The notes beneath the pieces are model-generated. The model made no database searches, had not been told where the DNA came from, and saw only the letters and a list, made by a program, of their open reading frames with translations. A DNA stretch of 64,000 nt, taken from an uncultured virus (IMG/VR IMGVR_UViG_3300032167_000096) (lineage: Duplodnaviria > Heunggongvirae > Uroviricota > Caudoviricetes). This document shows, one piece after another, positions 1-9,577 of this stretch. Positions within the stretch are counted from its first letter, which is position 1, and every line of letters begins with the position of its first letter. Location: IMG/VR virus record IMGVR_UViG_3300032167_000096, positions 1-64,000 of that record; one strand, 5' to 3'. The position numbers and the translations under genes were made by a program.

Positions 1-2
1 GT

Positions 3-1421
3 ATAATTAGCCGAAATAACCCTGCTGCTAGCGGGGATAAAATCGGAGATATTAAATTTACTCAGAGAGAATTGAATGATGACTGGGTAAAATGTGATGG
101 ATCGATGGTAGATCCTAATGTGGTATCTGGAAAGTATAGTGAATTATGCACAAATCCACTAGAAACAGATCAATTTATAAAATACGGCAGTAATTATGAG
201 AGGCTATCTCAACCGATGAAGGACTTGTATGATCAGCAAGAATATACAAATGATAATAATATCTTCTTCTGGGATAATGGAGAGCAATCTGGAAGTGGAT
301 TTATATATACTAAAGAAGTTAGTGCAACAACTTTTGAAATGTCATTAAATATAGTTATAGAATATCATGATAATTCTATAGTTGATCATAAAATATTATC
401 TATAGGACGTTCAGATTTTAGCAAAGAATTGTATGAACAATACAAAGATACAGAAGATTTATGGACATTTTGGATTCAAGAAGATATATACCTTAAATCG
501 GTTAAATGCAATAATAATACATTAGCTCTATTAATACGCCGTGATTATGATAGTATGTTTCAATGCCCAGATTTTCAAGAATCGGAAGATGGCGGTTTAC
601 ATACATTTTTCATAAAAATAGATTTAAGCACTAAAAGTTTTACATATAGCTTTGGAGGTGCTGGCTATTCGCTTCCTCCTGATGTTAAATTTGAACTATA
701 TGAAATATCTAATAACTGTGAATTTGCAGTTTCATATGTTGTACAAAATGAAATTAATTCATTCGAAGCAATGCATGCTCATGTTCATTCGGGAGTTGGT
801 AATAGATGGACTGATAGCACGATTATAAATTCAGATACTATTACAGGCCAAGAATATGGGGATGGAGTTACTTCATATAATAAAGGATGTATTGTAACAA
901 CAGAAAATGATATGATTTTATTTATATGGAGCAAAGATGATGACAAAGGCTATAGTTTTCTTATAAATTCTACAGGAATTTCTTTTTATTCAGTGCTTAA
1001 TGGTTCTGATCATATGATGGAAGATCCTACTATAATACCAATGATTGATAATAATGAGAATTCATTTATTATACTAAATGAACCAGGAATGAATACAGTT
1101 GTCTTTTTAACTCCAGACAGTATAAGTCAAGAGTTTACTGTTGGGGTAGATCCAGTGGATGGTGATATACCAGAATGGAAAATAATAACTTCAATTTATG
1201 GAAATTATTTAATTTATGATAAATATATGATTGAGATTTCTACTACAGATTCTGGATATGTAGACAAAATGGCAAATTATACTGAATCTGCTATTCAAAC
1301 AGAATTAGTCGGATTCCACGGCCAGTTTAACAATGCTAAGTATTTATATTGTAATAAGCAATTAGTCTGTCCATGTTATCCAAATCTTAATGATGAGAAT
1401 GCATATGTAAAGGTTAAATAA
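3..1421 (+). CDS. Tail fibre/receptor-binding protein, C-terminal part (5'-truncated by the window), with tail-collar domain
   Basis: Frame is open from position 3 and reads KIGDIKFTQRELNDDWVKCDGS...KYSEL, which fits the phage tail-collar motif; it is followed by a beta-rich, acidic, variable-looking domain. Confidence 0.6.
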   Translation: MISRNNPAASGDKIGDIKFTQRELNDDWVKCDGSMVDPNVVSGKYSELCTNPLETDQFIKYGSNYERLSQPMKDLYDQQEYTNDNNIFFWDNGEQSGSGFIYTKEVSATTFEMSLNIVIEYHDNSIVDHKILSIGRSDFSKELYEQYKDTEDLWTFWIQEDIYLKSVKCNNNTLALLIRRDYDSMFQCPDFQESEDGGLHTFFIKIDLSTKSFTYSFGGAGYSLPPDVKFELYEISNNCEFAVSYVVQNEINSFEAMHAHVHSGVGNRWTDSTIINSDTITGQEYGDGVTSYNKGCIVTTENDMILFIWSKDDDKGYSFLINSTGISFYSVLNGSDHMMEDPTIIPMIDNNENSFIILNEPGMNTVVFLTPDSISQEFTVGVDPVDGDIPEWKIITSIYGNYLIYDKYMIEISTTDSGYVDKMANYTESAIQTELVGFHGQFNNAKYLYCNKQLVCPCYPNLNDENAYVKVK

Positions 1422-1448
1422 CTCTATTCCAACATATTAATAAAATTA

Positions 1449-1490
1449 TATGGTGGAGGATATCATAGTATATCCTCCACCATTTTTTTG
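1449..1490 (+). terminator. Rho-independent terminator
   Basis: ATGGTGGAGGATA...TATCCTCCACCAT stem followed by a T run. Confidence 0.75.
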
Positions 1491-1528
1491 TAATTTCGAG
1501 GATAAAAGTATTGTTTTAAAGGCATTTA

Positions 1529-1539
1529 CCCCCCCCCCC
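1529..1539. repeat. C11 homopolymer
   Basis: Eleven consecutive C in an AT-rich intergenic region, 2 nt before a late-promoter motif. Confidence 0.9.
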
Positions 1540-1541
1540 GA

Positions 1542-1553
1542 AACATTTTAATA
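1542..1553 (+). promoter_or_regulatory. Late-type promoter motif AAC(A/T)-N6-TA (representative copy)
   Basis: AACA-TTTTAA-TA upstream of the RBS of 1581; the same motif precedes most structural genes (see findings) and matches the AR9 late consensus AACA-N6-TA. Confidence 0.7.
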
Positions 1554-1580
1554 AATAATATTTATAAGGAGGCTATTAAA

Positions 1581-2240
1581 ATGGCTATTATGTTTGAAAA
1601 TGTAAGATTCTTAAATGATGAAACTTATAATAATCTTCTAGAAGATTTCATAAATGACATGGGTCTTTCTGGCAACGTTCTGTATGAAGGAGCTGTAGAA
1701 GAACCTAAAGGACTTGAAAAGTTTATATTTGGTAAATATGGCGGAGAAGATTCTAAAGTAAAAGAACTTCGTTCAACATTAAAAGATGTTATTAAAGCAA
1801 ACGAGCTTGATGATTCTAAGCTTAGGTCTAAAGGAGAAGGATTTCTTCATACTTGTAAAAGAGGAATTCAAATTTGTCTTGATCTTGCAGGATCGGCATT
1901 AGCCGGAGGAACAATTGGAGCTGTCACTGGTGGCACTATTGCTACAATTATGTTTGGAGGCATTCCTGCTGCTGCATTTATAGCTGTTGTACTTAAACCT
2001 GCTCTTAGGCTTCTTATCGCATTTATTTGCGTTAAGCTTCTTCGCCTATTAGTAGATAAAGTTGAAGGCGCTAGAGCAAAGAAAGATGCTAAAGACATTA
2101 TTAAACAGCTTAGAGATAAAGCATCTGAAATTAATGATGATAAGATGAAAAAATCACTCGAAGAGCAGGCAGATAAGCTAGAAAAGGCTCTTGAAAAGGA
2201 AGCATCAAAAGAGTCCAAAGATGATAAGAAAAAGGATTAA
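1581..2240 (+). CDS. Putative virion (internal head) protein with Gly/Ala-rich hydrophobic hairpin
   Basis: Strong RBS, late promoter, acidic N-terminal leader with LxE sites, central GG-rich hydrophobic segment, charged helical C-terminus. Confidence 0.5.
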   Translation: MAIMFENVRFLNDETYNNLLEDFINDMGLSGNVLYEGAVEEPKGLEKFIFGKYGGEDSKVKELRSTLKDVIKANELDDSKLRSKGEGFLHTCKRGIQICLDLAGSALAGGTIGAVTGGTIATIMFGGIPAAAFIAVVLKPALRLLIAFICVKLLRLLVDKVEGARAKKDAKDIIKQLRDKASEINDDKMKKSLEEQADKLEKALEKEASKESKDDKKKD

Positions 2241-2324
2241 TTTTATAGATTTTTACAATAGAAGATGGAGAACCATTCTCCATCTTCTTAACTTTTTAAT
2301 AAAGAAAATTAAGGAGGTGTAAAT

Positions 2325-2735
2325 ATGGGCATCTTATTTGATAGAATAAGATTCATTAATGAATCTGAAATAGATGAAAAAGATAAATTACATATAGAAT
2401 TAAAATCTAAAGGCGGAAGCTTTTATGATATAATGAATAATGATAAAAAAGTTGGTAAAGTAGGACTTTCTTTTTATGAAGATATTAAAGCAGTTGGTAT
2501 TGGAAGTCTAGAAATTAATTCCTCGTTGAGAGGCCAAGGATTAGGGACGGCCACTATAAAGCATATCATCAAAACTTATAAAAAGAATTATGACCTTATA
2601 TACTGCTATGTAGATCCTAAGAATACTGGAGCAATAAATCTTTATAAAAGACTTGGCAAAGTTCATGATAAACAAGTCAATGATGATGGATATTATTATG
2701 TAGAATTTTATAATAAAACAGGAAAGGAATGGTGA
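2325..2735 (+). CDS. GNAT-family acetyltransferase
   Basis: Acetyl-CoA motif LEINSSLRGQGLGT and the C-terminal N-x-x-A-x-x-LY-x-R-LG motif (VDPKNTGAINLYKRLG). Confidence 0.85.
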   Translation: MGILFDRIRFINESEIDEKDKLHIELKSKGGSFYDIMNNDKKVGKVGLSFYEDIKAVGIGSLEINSSLRGQGLGTATIKHIIKTYKKNYDLIYCYVDPKNTGAINLYKRLGKVHDKQVNDDGYYYVEFYNKTGKEW

Positions 2736-2740
2736 GTATT

Positions 2741-3379
2741 ATGCTTAGATCTGAAATGTTTAATAGATGCTTACATGCAGATTACGACCCAGAAGGGCCC
2801 AGTGATTATGACATTCAATTAATTGGAGATACAATTTATATATTTTTTGAAGGATCTGATGAAAAAGAAGACTGGATAGATAATTTTAATTTTCCAGCAA
2901 CTCCTTATAAAGATTGCCATCCTAAGTGGAGATGCCATAGAGGATTCCTTAATGCATGGAAAGACATGCAAGATGCTATCGTGTTTACTGTTGGAAGACT
3001 TCTTGGTTTGGATGCTGAGAATGAGATAAAGAATATTACTTGCATAGGATATTCTCATGGTGGAGCTCTATCTCTTTTGGCAACAGAAGATATGGAATAT
3101 CGATATGGAAAAGAATATAATGTCAAAGGATATGGCTTTGAAGCACCCAGAGTTATATGGGGTATCATACCTAAAGAAGTTAAATATCGCCTTAGGAATT
3201 ATGAAGTAATCAGAAATAAAGGGGATTTGGTAACACATGTACCACCCATATGTTTCGGATTTAGAAATGCTGGAACAATGTATAAGATGGGCAAGACATT
3301 CAAGTATGGTCCCATCAAAGCTCATTTTTCTAGCAATGTGATGACAGAACTTCTTGAGAAAGAAAAAGAAGAAGCATAA
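2741..3379 (+). CDS. Class 3 lipase (alpha/beta hydrolase)
   Basis: FEGS...DW oxyanion region, HRGF, nucleophile elbow GYSHGG, FEAPR, GDLVTHVPP, C-terminal His. Confidence 0.9.
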   Translation: MLRSEMFNRCLHADYDPEGPSDYDIQLIGDTIYIFFEGSDEKEDWIDNFNFPATPYKDCHPKWRCHRGFLNAWKDMQDAIVFTVGRLLGLDAENEIKNITCIGYSHGGALSLLATEDMEYRYGKEYNVKGYGFEAPRVIWGIIPKEVKYRLRNYEVIRNKGDLVTHVPPICFGFRNAGTMYKMGKTFKYGPIKAHFSSNVMTELLEKEKEEA

Positions 3380-3385
3380 AAGAAT

Positions 3386-3416
3386 AGTGGATAAGGAATT
3401 TCTCCTTATCCACTTA
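3386..3416. terminator. Bidirectional terminator
   Basis: AGTGGATAAGGA/TCCTTATCCACT inverted repeat between convergent genes. Confidence 0.75.
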
Positions 3417-3418
3417 TT

Positions 3419-4630
3419 TTATTTCTTTAGCAATCTCTGAATAAACTGTTCGATGATAAAGATAGATATAATAAGCATATAGAAATGCTCAAGATTATCC
3501 ATATAATCAGCATTCTTAATAAGACTTATAATATCTCCTTTAATAAAGTCATCATCACTATTAAAGTATGCAATCCAAAGGTTATAGATTTCTTTATTAT
3601 TTCCTTTTTCATACATTTTATTATTTTTAATATGCTCCATGACATCTGGATCTATAGAATTAAATCTAGTTTTATATGGAGTTTTATCGAAATATCTTAC
3701 TGCATAGTAATAATCCATCTTGGTTACAAATAGAGAATTTGGATCATTAATAAGGTCCGCAGTTGCTGTCATATTCATACTTATATCTTCTACACTGCAA
3801 TTCTCGAGAGCATTAAAGAAGGTTCTAGAATAGTCCATTCCAAAAGTTTTATTTGTGGTAGTTGCATGAGCTACATAAATAAACTTATCGGCATAGTCGA
3901 GTACTTTATTTCTAATAAGGAATTCAATCAAGAACGGATCATACATATTCCACCCATCATGATTATATACAAATGTCTGAAGCCTTGCATCAAAGAAGAT
4001 ATTCTCGAAATAAGTGATAAGCCTCTCAATCAAAACTTCAAGATTTTCAATAATCTTATAATCACAATCTTGAACAATAGCCTTGAAATCTGTCCCAATA
4101 TTTGTAGCAATAAAGTTGAAATTCTTTTCAACCTGATCTTCTATTTGACCAGTAGAATCTGTCTTCTCAAGAGCATATTCTACTCTATAGAAATTTGCTC
4201 CACTGTCAAGAGTATCTGCAGTTACGGAATTAACTTTGAAAAGAATAGATTCGCTAATATGAGCTATAGAAAAGAAATCTCCAGGCCTAGGCGTAATAGT
4301 ATTTGGTAGAATATATGCTTCTCCAGTAATATCATTTGCTTCAATTCCATTATTGTCATTTAGATCATAATCTGTAGCAATCTTTTCAATTCCATAAACA
4401 ATAAAGTCAGAAATTTTATTATACTTAAATGGCGATTGACCTCCCAAATGAGCTTCATACAGGCCAGAAGCCTCATCAAGAGTAGATTTCTCAATATTTT
4501 GAGAATAATAAGTTACCTTTGTAGGTTTCTTATCGGAAAAGATATAATATGGATTATTGATTTTGGACTTGGTGGCCGACACCAAGCTATCTATAGTATT
4601 TGTATACTTAGTATCTGTAAATTTTCCCAT
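3419..4630 (-). CDS. Putative virion structural protein (neck/head-associated)
   Basis: About 403-aa ORF, start chosen from GGAGGT RBS, late promoter at 4659-4670; ILPNTITPRPGDFF resembles neck-type proteins of large myoviruses. Confidence 0.45.
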   Translation of the reverse strand: MGKFTDTKYTNTIDSLVSATKSKINNPYYIFSDKKPTKVTYYSQNIEKSTLDEASGLYEAHLGGQSPFKYNKISDFIVYGIEKIATDYDLNDNNGIEANDITGEAYILPNTITPRPGDFFSIAHISESILFKVNSVTADTLDSGANFYRVEYALEKTDSTGQIEDQVEKNFNFIATNIGTDFKAIVQDCDYKIIENLEVLIERLITYFENIFFDARLQTFVYNHDGWNMYDPFLIEFLIRNKVLDYADKFIYVAHATTTNKTFGMDYSRTFFNALENCSVEDISMNMTATADLINDPNSLFVTKMDYYYAVRYFDKTPYKTRFNSIDPDVMEHIKNNKMYEKGNNKEIYNLWIAYFNSDDDFIKGDIISLIKNADYMDNLEHFYMLIISIFIIEQFIQRLLKK

Positions 4631-4708
4631 AAGTAGATACCTCCGCATTTATTTTCATTATTAATAAGTTGACAAGATTAAAGAGGAGCTCGAAAGCTCC
4701 TCTTTATA

Positions 4709-5068
4709 TTAATCATAGATAAATGGATCTATGAGCTCCGCATTTTCACGAGAATCAAAATCATCTATAAATCTATCAAGATCTTCATATTCTACCCCAG
4801 TGAAATCAATCATATCTTCGATATCAGCATATCCTCTGCCTCTGAAATCAATTTCGGCTAGTGATAAAACACAACCGGTATAGTTGCGAGAAACAAAATC
4901 TTCTTCAATAGAAGCATATCTACCAGGATCTACATCAGAACCTTTAAGCTCATAATGATAAAGTTCATAAGGAACGCTATCCCTATCAATTCTTTCTTCA
5001 GTATAAAGCATTGGTCTTTCAAATAGATTCACCAGTTGATATGAATCGACATCATATACATCTTTCAT
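4709..5068 (-). CDS. LPD28 (large polyvalent protein-associated domain 28) protein
   Basis: LFERPMLYTEERIDRDSVPYELYHYELKGSDVDPG...NYTGCVLS fits the LPD28 pattern (LFT..RIDR..VP..LY.Y.LRGSD.DPG...N..G.IL). Confidence 0.75.
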   Translation of the reverse strand: MKDVYDVDSYQLVNLFERPMLYTEERIDRDSVPYELYHYELKGSDVDPGRYASIEEDFVSRNYTGCVLSLAEIDFRGRGYADIEDMIDFTGVEYEDLDRFIDDFDSRENAELIDPFIYD

Positions 5069-5167
5069 TGCTCAAGTTCTCCTTATATATTTTCTTTTAC
5101 TTAAGTGTACTCAATGTATAATAGTAACGAATAGAAAAACGGCTAGATTGCTCTAGCCGTTTATTTT

Positions 5168-5989
5168 TTACTTATTCTTATTAAAAAGCTCTTTAAAGAA
5201 ATTAATAACTTTATTACAAATCTTATAAAGCCATTGAATAAATTTGTTCTTGGTATCTTTCTTTTTAATATCATCTGAATAAATAGTATCGGTAATGCCC
5301 CATACTTCTACGAAAGGATACTCATAAGGGTATACAGCTTTTCCTCTATTACCCCAAAGCTTGCCCCAAGAATTCTGGATAAGCCATCCCTTTTCATTCC
5401 ATCCATAGATCATAATACAATGATATCCAAAATTACCAGTTTGCGAAGTGGTCATGATACCATTCTTAACCTTAATATCCCTATACCATTTGACAGAAAC
5501 CATTACAGGTCCATGATCCATAAGAGCTTTCTTAATCTTATATTCTCTATCATCAGCACTAATAGAGAAATAAGTAGAAATCTTATTCGGAGAGTCAGTT
5601 TCAAATTCATCAACCTCTTCAAAGAGATCAATAATATCAGGAACTTCCTTATTGTATGGGAATTCATCCCATTTAGCAATTCCACGCTTTTGGAGAGTTT
5701 TAAGAGCATCTCTAAGATACATACCTTCACCCTTATATGTATAACGGCATCCATAAATATATCCAGGAGATAGCCTGTCTGTTCTATTATGCTGCTTAAG
5801 ATTGAAATATTCCTCTATTTCTTCTGCAACATGAGCAACGCAAGAACCTACAGATCCTTGATCTCTAACATCAGCGGTGATTAGAGAAAATTCTTTAGGA
5901 AGTTCTTCAACTGCACAAACTTTTGCAGGAGTATATTGATAGTCTCGTACATCAATCACAGGAAGTAAAGCTCCAAACTTACGTTCCAT
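5168..5989 (-). CDS. Papain-like cysteine peptidase (C1 family)
   Basis: DQGSVGSCVAH (catalytic Cys), GYHC (His), IQNSWG (Asn), WG..G; amphipathic basic C-terminal helix. Confidence 0.9.
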   Translation of the reverse strand: MERKFGALLPVIDVRDYQYTPAKVCAVEELPKEFSLITADVRDQGSVGSCVAHVAEEIEEYFNLKQHNRTDRLSPGYIYGCRYTYKGEGMYLRDALKTLQKRGIAKWDEFPYNKEVPDIIDLFEEVDEFETDSPNKISTYFSISADDREYKIKKALMDHGPVMVSVKWYRDIKVKNGIMTTSQTGNFGYHCIMIYGWNEKGWLIQNSWGKLWGNRGKAVYPYEYPFVEVWGITDTIYSDDIKKKDTKNKFIQWLYKICNKVINFFKELFNKNK

Positions 5990-6073
5990 GGTAAATCCTC
6001 CTTTATAAAAAAATAACCATTATCAAATTGTTAAAAAGAAATAAGCCTTAGGATCATAGCAAAATCCTAAGGC

Positions 6074-7120
6074 TTATAACTTATATTTCATATCAATTAT
6101 CTGATCCATTCTAACGCCATAATCTTTTTGGCCATCAGCTCTATTGCGATGAATCCAGATAGGAATGTTAAATGGTTGCAATATTTCTTTAATCCTTCTA
6201 AACTCTCTATCATCTATATCAGCATCTGGATAAATATGGAGATTAAACCCTAGAAATCCATATTGCATAATAAAGAATTTTATAAGATTAAAATAAGACT
6301 TGCCACCGATAGCCGCATATACTGCATTTGCTCCCATTGGTGCTACATGAAGATATATCGACAATATATCAAATGCTCCTTCAGCTATATGAATATCTAA
6401 AGGCATGTTGAGATTTATAATATTTGGGATAATGTAATACTTCATAGCATCATCACCAGAACCTAATATATCATAATTGATATATCTATAATCAATAAAT
6501 TCTGGCAACTTTCCTTCGGGCACTAGACGTCTAAGCATTACATATCTATTATCCATCGATAAAAATCCGACAAAGAATTTATCGATAAGATCAATCATAT
6601 CCGGATGACGAGTATATTTTTCAATACCATTGATATCTAGAAAATCTTTAAGGTTCAAAATTATTTTAAATTTAGCAGCATCATTAGTATTGAATAAGTG
6701 ACCCATTCTATTCGATATATAAGATAATTTCTTTTGAGCAAATTCATTATTGGAAAGAGGTATAAGAGGATGCCTTTGTTTTATACCCTTTCCAAGTTGA
6801 CCAAATTGTGCTGAGTTAGTTTCAATAACTTTACTATTATGCTCCTGACAGACATTAATGATACGATCATCTTCAATCTCAATATCTTTCAGAAACTTAG
6901 CATCTACAACTCCTCCGCTATTACACTTAAAGCAGTTGTACATAAGAAGCCCATTTCGAATTCCTATATACATATGAGCTTTAGAGGAATCTCTAGAGTC
7001 ACCACAGATATGACATCTTTTAAGAATTTCTTTTCCGCCACTCACAAGTTTACCTTTTCTTGTTTCTTTCATATAGGCTTTCAAAGCCTCAAACGCTTCA
7101 ATTGTTTCATTTTGAGCCAT
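6074..7120 (-). CDS. DNA primase (Zn finger + TOPRIM)
   Basis: CHICGDS...YNCFKC zinc-binding domain; TOPRIM motifs IAEGAFD and YPDAD; KDYG. Confidence 0.85.
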   Translation of the reverse strand: MAQNETIEAFEALKAYMKETRKGKLVSGGKEILKRCHICGDSRDSSKAHMYIGIRNGLLMYNCFKCNSGGVVDAKFLKDIEIEDDRIINVCQEHNSKVIETNSAQFGQLGKGIKQRHPLIPLSNNEFAQKKLSYISNRMGHLFNTNDAAKFKIILNLKDFLDINGIEKYTRHPDMIDLIDKFFVGFLSMDNRYVMLRRLVPEGKLPEFIDYRYINYDILGSGDDAMKYYIIPNIINLNMPLDIHIAEGAFDILSIYLHVAPMGANAVYAAIGGKSYFNLIKFFIMQYGFLGFNLHIYPDADIDDREFRRIKEILQPFNIPIWIHRNRADGQKDYGVRMDQIIDMKYKL

Positions 7121-7172
7121 CTCTAAAGATACCTCCTTTCATAAACTAATTATTTGTATGTCTAAAGCTTAG

Positions 7173-7709
7173 TTAATTTAAAACATTAAACTCTTTGAAT
7201 TCTTTCATAGAATCAAAGCTACCAGATGCACTTATTTTAGAAACTTTGTCATAGGTTTCATCTTTTATTTTATTATGCACATCTTTAGCCCATAGAAATA
7301 GAGATTTAACCATATCTAATTGCTCAATAAAATATGTATCCATATCATTAAGATTTTTATAATCATAGCGAATACAAATTATATTTTCATAGATATAATT
7401 ATTCTCATCATAGTAAAAATCATTTGGCAACCCAAATGATTTTAATAAAAGTTTCATTGCAGGATCTAGTTCAAAAGCAATATATGCCCCAATATCAGGA
7501 ACAATTTCTACGATATCATTGTTGTTGTCGTCTTTACCTTTAAGGGCATGATCGCAAGCATGACCAGAACAGCAATACACTGTCTTTAAGCCAGCTCTAT
7601 TTAGAAGTGAGATAATTGGAGCCATAAGTTCATCGCATTCGAAAATAGGACCCACTATTCTCTCATCTTCTAAATATTGAAATACTTTAAAATTTCCATC
7701 AATATACAT
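7173..7709 (-). CDS. Hypothetical protein with GLKTxxCCSGH motif
   Basis: ORF in leftward operon; motif LNRAGLKTVYCCSGH; start chosen from RBS. Confidence 0.6.
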   Translation of the reverse strand: MYIDGNFKVFQYLEDERIVGPIFECDELMAPIISLLNRAGLKTVYCCSGHACDHALKGKDDNNNDIVEIVPDIGAYIAFELDPAMKLLLKSFGLPNDFYYDENNYIYENIICIRYDYKNLNDMDTYFIEQLDMVKSLFLWAKDVHNKIKDETYDKVSKISASGSFDSMKEFKEFNVLN

Positions 7710-7748
7710 AATTTTTCCTTTCTTTATAAAATAACTGAAAGGCAAGAA

Positions 7749-8312
7749 TTACTCTTGCCTTTCATATAAATTCTTATATAGCTTTTCAATCTTTGCAAAA
7801 GATCTCATTGTAAATCCTACACAAGAATCAGTTTTAAGCAAATGGTCTTTTAAATTACCCATATCCGTATCATCGTCTACAATAATAAACTTATCAGTCT
7901 CTGGATGCATATCCAACCATGCTTGAATTTCATCTCCACGAATTGTCCGTAATACAGGAGTTCTATCGATTACCTCTATTGATTGGCGAAGTCCTCCTTT
8001 GTATAAAGCTTCTTTATAATCATCGGAAACGCGCCATGTTGACGTAACAACTATTTTGAAATTATATTTCTTGCAGAATTCTGAAACCCACTGGCATGCC
8101 TGAAAGTTATTAACAACTCTTGTAGCAAAGCTGCAATGTGTTCCATCTTCATTCCACATTGGAGTATTTACGACTCCATCATAATCAAGAAAAAGAACAT
8201 TGATTTTTACTTTCTCCTTTTCCTGATCTAAGTCTTTATCAGTTATTATTGAAAGAATCTCTTTATGCATTTTGCTATTGTCGCATTGAGATATTATTCC
8301 AATTTGTTTCAT
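7749..8312 (-). CDS. HAD-superfamily phosphatase, Swiss-Army-knife RNA-repair type (HAD_SAK_2-like)
   Basis: VLFLDYDGVVN, IVVTSTWR, RGDEIQAWL, FIIVDDD motifs. Confidence 0.85.
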   Translation of the reverse strand: MKQIGIISQCDNSKMHKEILSIITDKDLDQEKEKVKINVLFLDYDGVVNTPMWNEDGTHCSFATRVVNNFQACQWVSEFCKKYNFKIVVTSTWRVSDDYKEALYKGGLRQSIEVIDRTPVLRTIRGDEIQAWLDMHPETDKFIIVDDDTDMGNLKDHLLKTDSCVGFTMRSFAKIEKLYKNLYERQE

Positions 8313-8324
8313 TGGTCTTTCTCC

Positions 8325-8609
8325 TTATACTTGTTTCTTTTGAAAACAGATTTCATAACCCATACATTCAAGATATTTAATAAGACTCTTAAGTGTAGGA
8401 TTACCACTACCACTATTTTCAATATCAGAAATACACTGAATAGATAATCCAGTCATGCTTGCAACTTCTTTTTGCGTAAGATGCTTATACTTACGAAGAT
8501 CTGCAAGCTGCATCTTAGTCAAACGGGTAGAAATATAGTTCTCCATTGGATCTAGGAAAACCATAGGTTCAATGAGTTCTACATTATTATTGCTCTTATC
8601 CTCAGTCAA
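8325..8609 (-). CDS. XRE-family helix-turn-helix protein
   Basis: LADLRKYKHLTQKEVASMTGLSIQCISDIENSGSGNPTLKSL. Confidence 0.9.
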   Translation of the reverse strand: MTEDKSNNNVELIEPMVFLDPMENYISTRLTKMQLADLRKYKHLTQKEVASMTGLSIQCISDIENSGSGNPTLKSLIKYLECMGYEICFQKKQV

Positions 8610-8611
8610 GA

Positions 8612-9040
8612 TTATACCTCCCTTAGGCTTAATCCAAGATCTATTTTAGACTTAATAGCCTTAAGTCTTTTAAGATCTTTTGTTGAAAACTGTTTGCCGC
8701 CAACTATTAGTGGCTGATCATTTTTTGCTAATTGAAATAGTTCCTCAAGAAATTCGATGGTACTATCTATAGCAACTTTATCTGTATCATTGAATATTGG
8801 AAGATCTGCAGGATAACGAACAATGCACATATTTCTAGGCTTGAGATCACTCTCGAGACAACACATTGTAGGTGCATTATCATTTTCTTTATCTTTGACT
8901 TCCCACAAACTTTTACCAAAAGGCTTCCAGCTAAGACGTTTAATAACTATAACAGTATCAACGCTTTGCTCTTTATTATTATATCTATTAGTCGGATCGA
9001 AAGAACAAATCAACCCAGGTTCAATTTTTAATTTCCCCAT
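8612..9040 (-). CDS. Hypothetical protein
   Basis: 142-aa ORF packed in operon. Confidence 0.6.
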   Translation of the reverse strand: MGKLKIEPGLICSFDPTNRYNNKEQSVDTVIVIKRLSWKPFGKSLWEVKDKENDNAPTMCCLESDLKPRNMCIVRYPADLPIFNDTDKVAIDSTIEFLEELFQLAKNDQPLIVGGKQFSTKDLKRLKAIKSKIDLGLSLREV

Positions 9041-9575
9041 AAATTTCTTTCTTTACCTTTCTTAAAGATTTCATAAACTTGATATCTTCTCTTATAAATG
9101 CAATTTCAGCTGCAAATAAAAGACAAATTCCAAGTGTTAAAATAACCAGAATAATGTCTGCCCACCAAGGGCATCTTATAATACCTACGATATTGAATAT
9201 AAGAAATACTATATCTTTTAAAATAATGCTTATACAACAAAGCCCGCAGGTTGAATCATTATAGCAAGTTTCTGCATTGCCTATAGCCCACTTTTTATCC
9301 TCGACAGTAGCAGTAGGTAATTCGCAATTTTCTATTGTAACTTTCAATAGCTCATTAAGTTGAATAAGGGGACTACAACAGAAAATAAGTAATTGTGATA
9401 AAATGATAATTATTGCTAAATACCATAATGCTATATTCCATTTTGGTGCTTCTATATTAAATATATAATAAAAGACATCAAATATAAGTATAGCAATATT
9501 AAGATAAATAAATATCTTTTGCTTAGTAGATTTAAAGAAATCATTTCTAAGCTCTGTTAATTTGTATGTATTCAT
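9021..9575 (-). CDS. Hypothetical membrane protein (about 4 TM)
   Basis: Four long hydrophobic segments. Confidence 0.65.
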   Translation of the reverse strand: MNTYKLTELRNDFFKSTKQKIFIYLNIAILIFDVFYYIFNIEAPKWNIALWYLAIIIILSQLLIFCCSPLIQLNELLKVTIENCELPTATVEDKKWAIGNAETCYNDSTCGLCCISIILKDIVFLIFNIVGIIRCPWWADIILVILTLGICLLFAAEIAFIREDIKFMKSLRKVKKEIYGEIKN

Positions 9576-9577
9576 TT

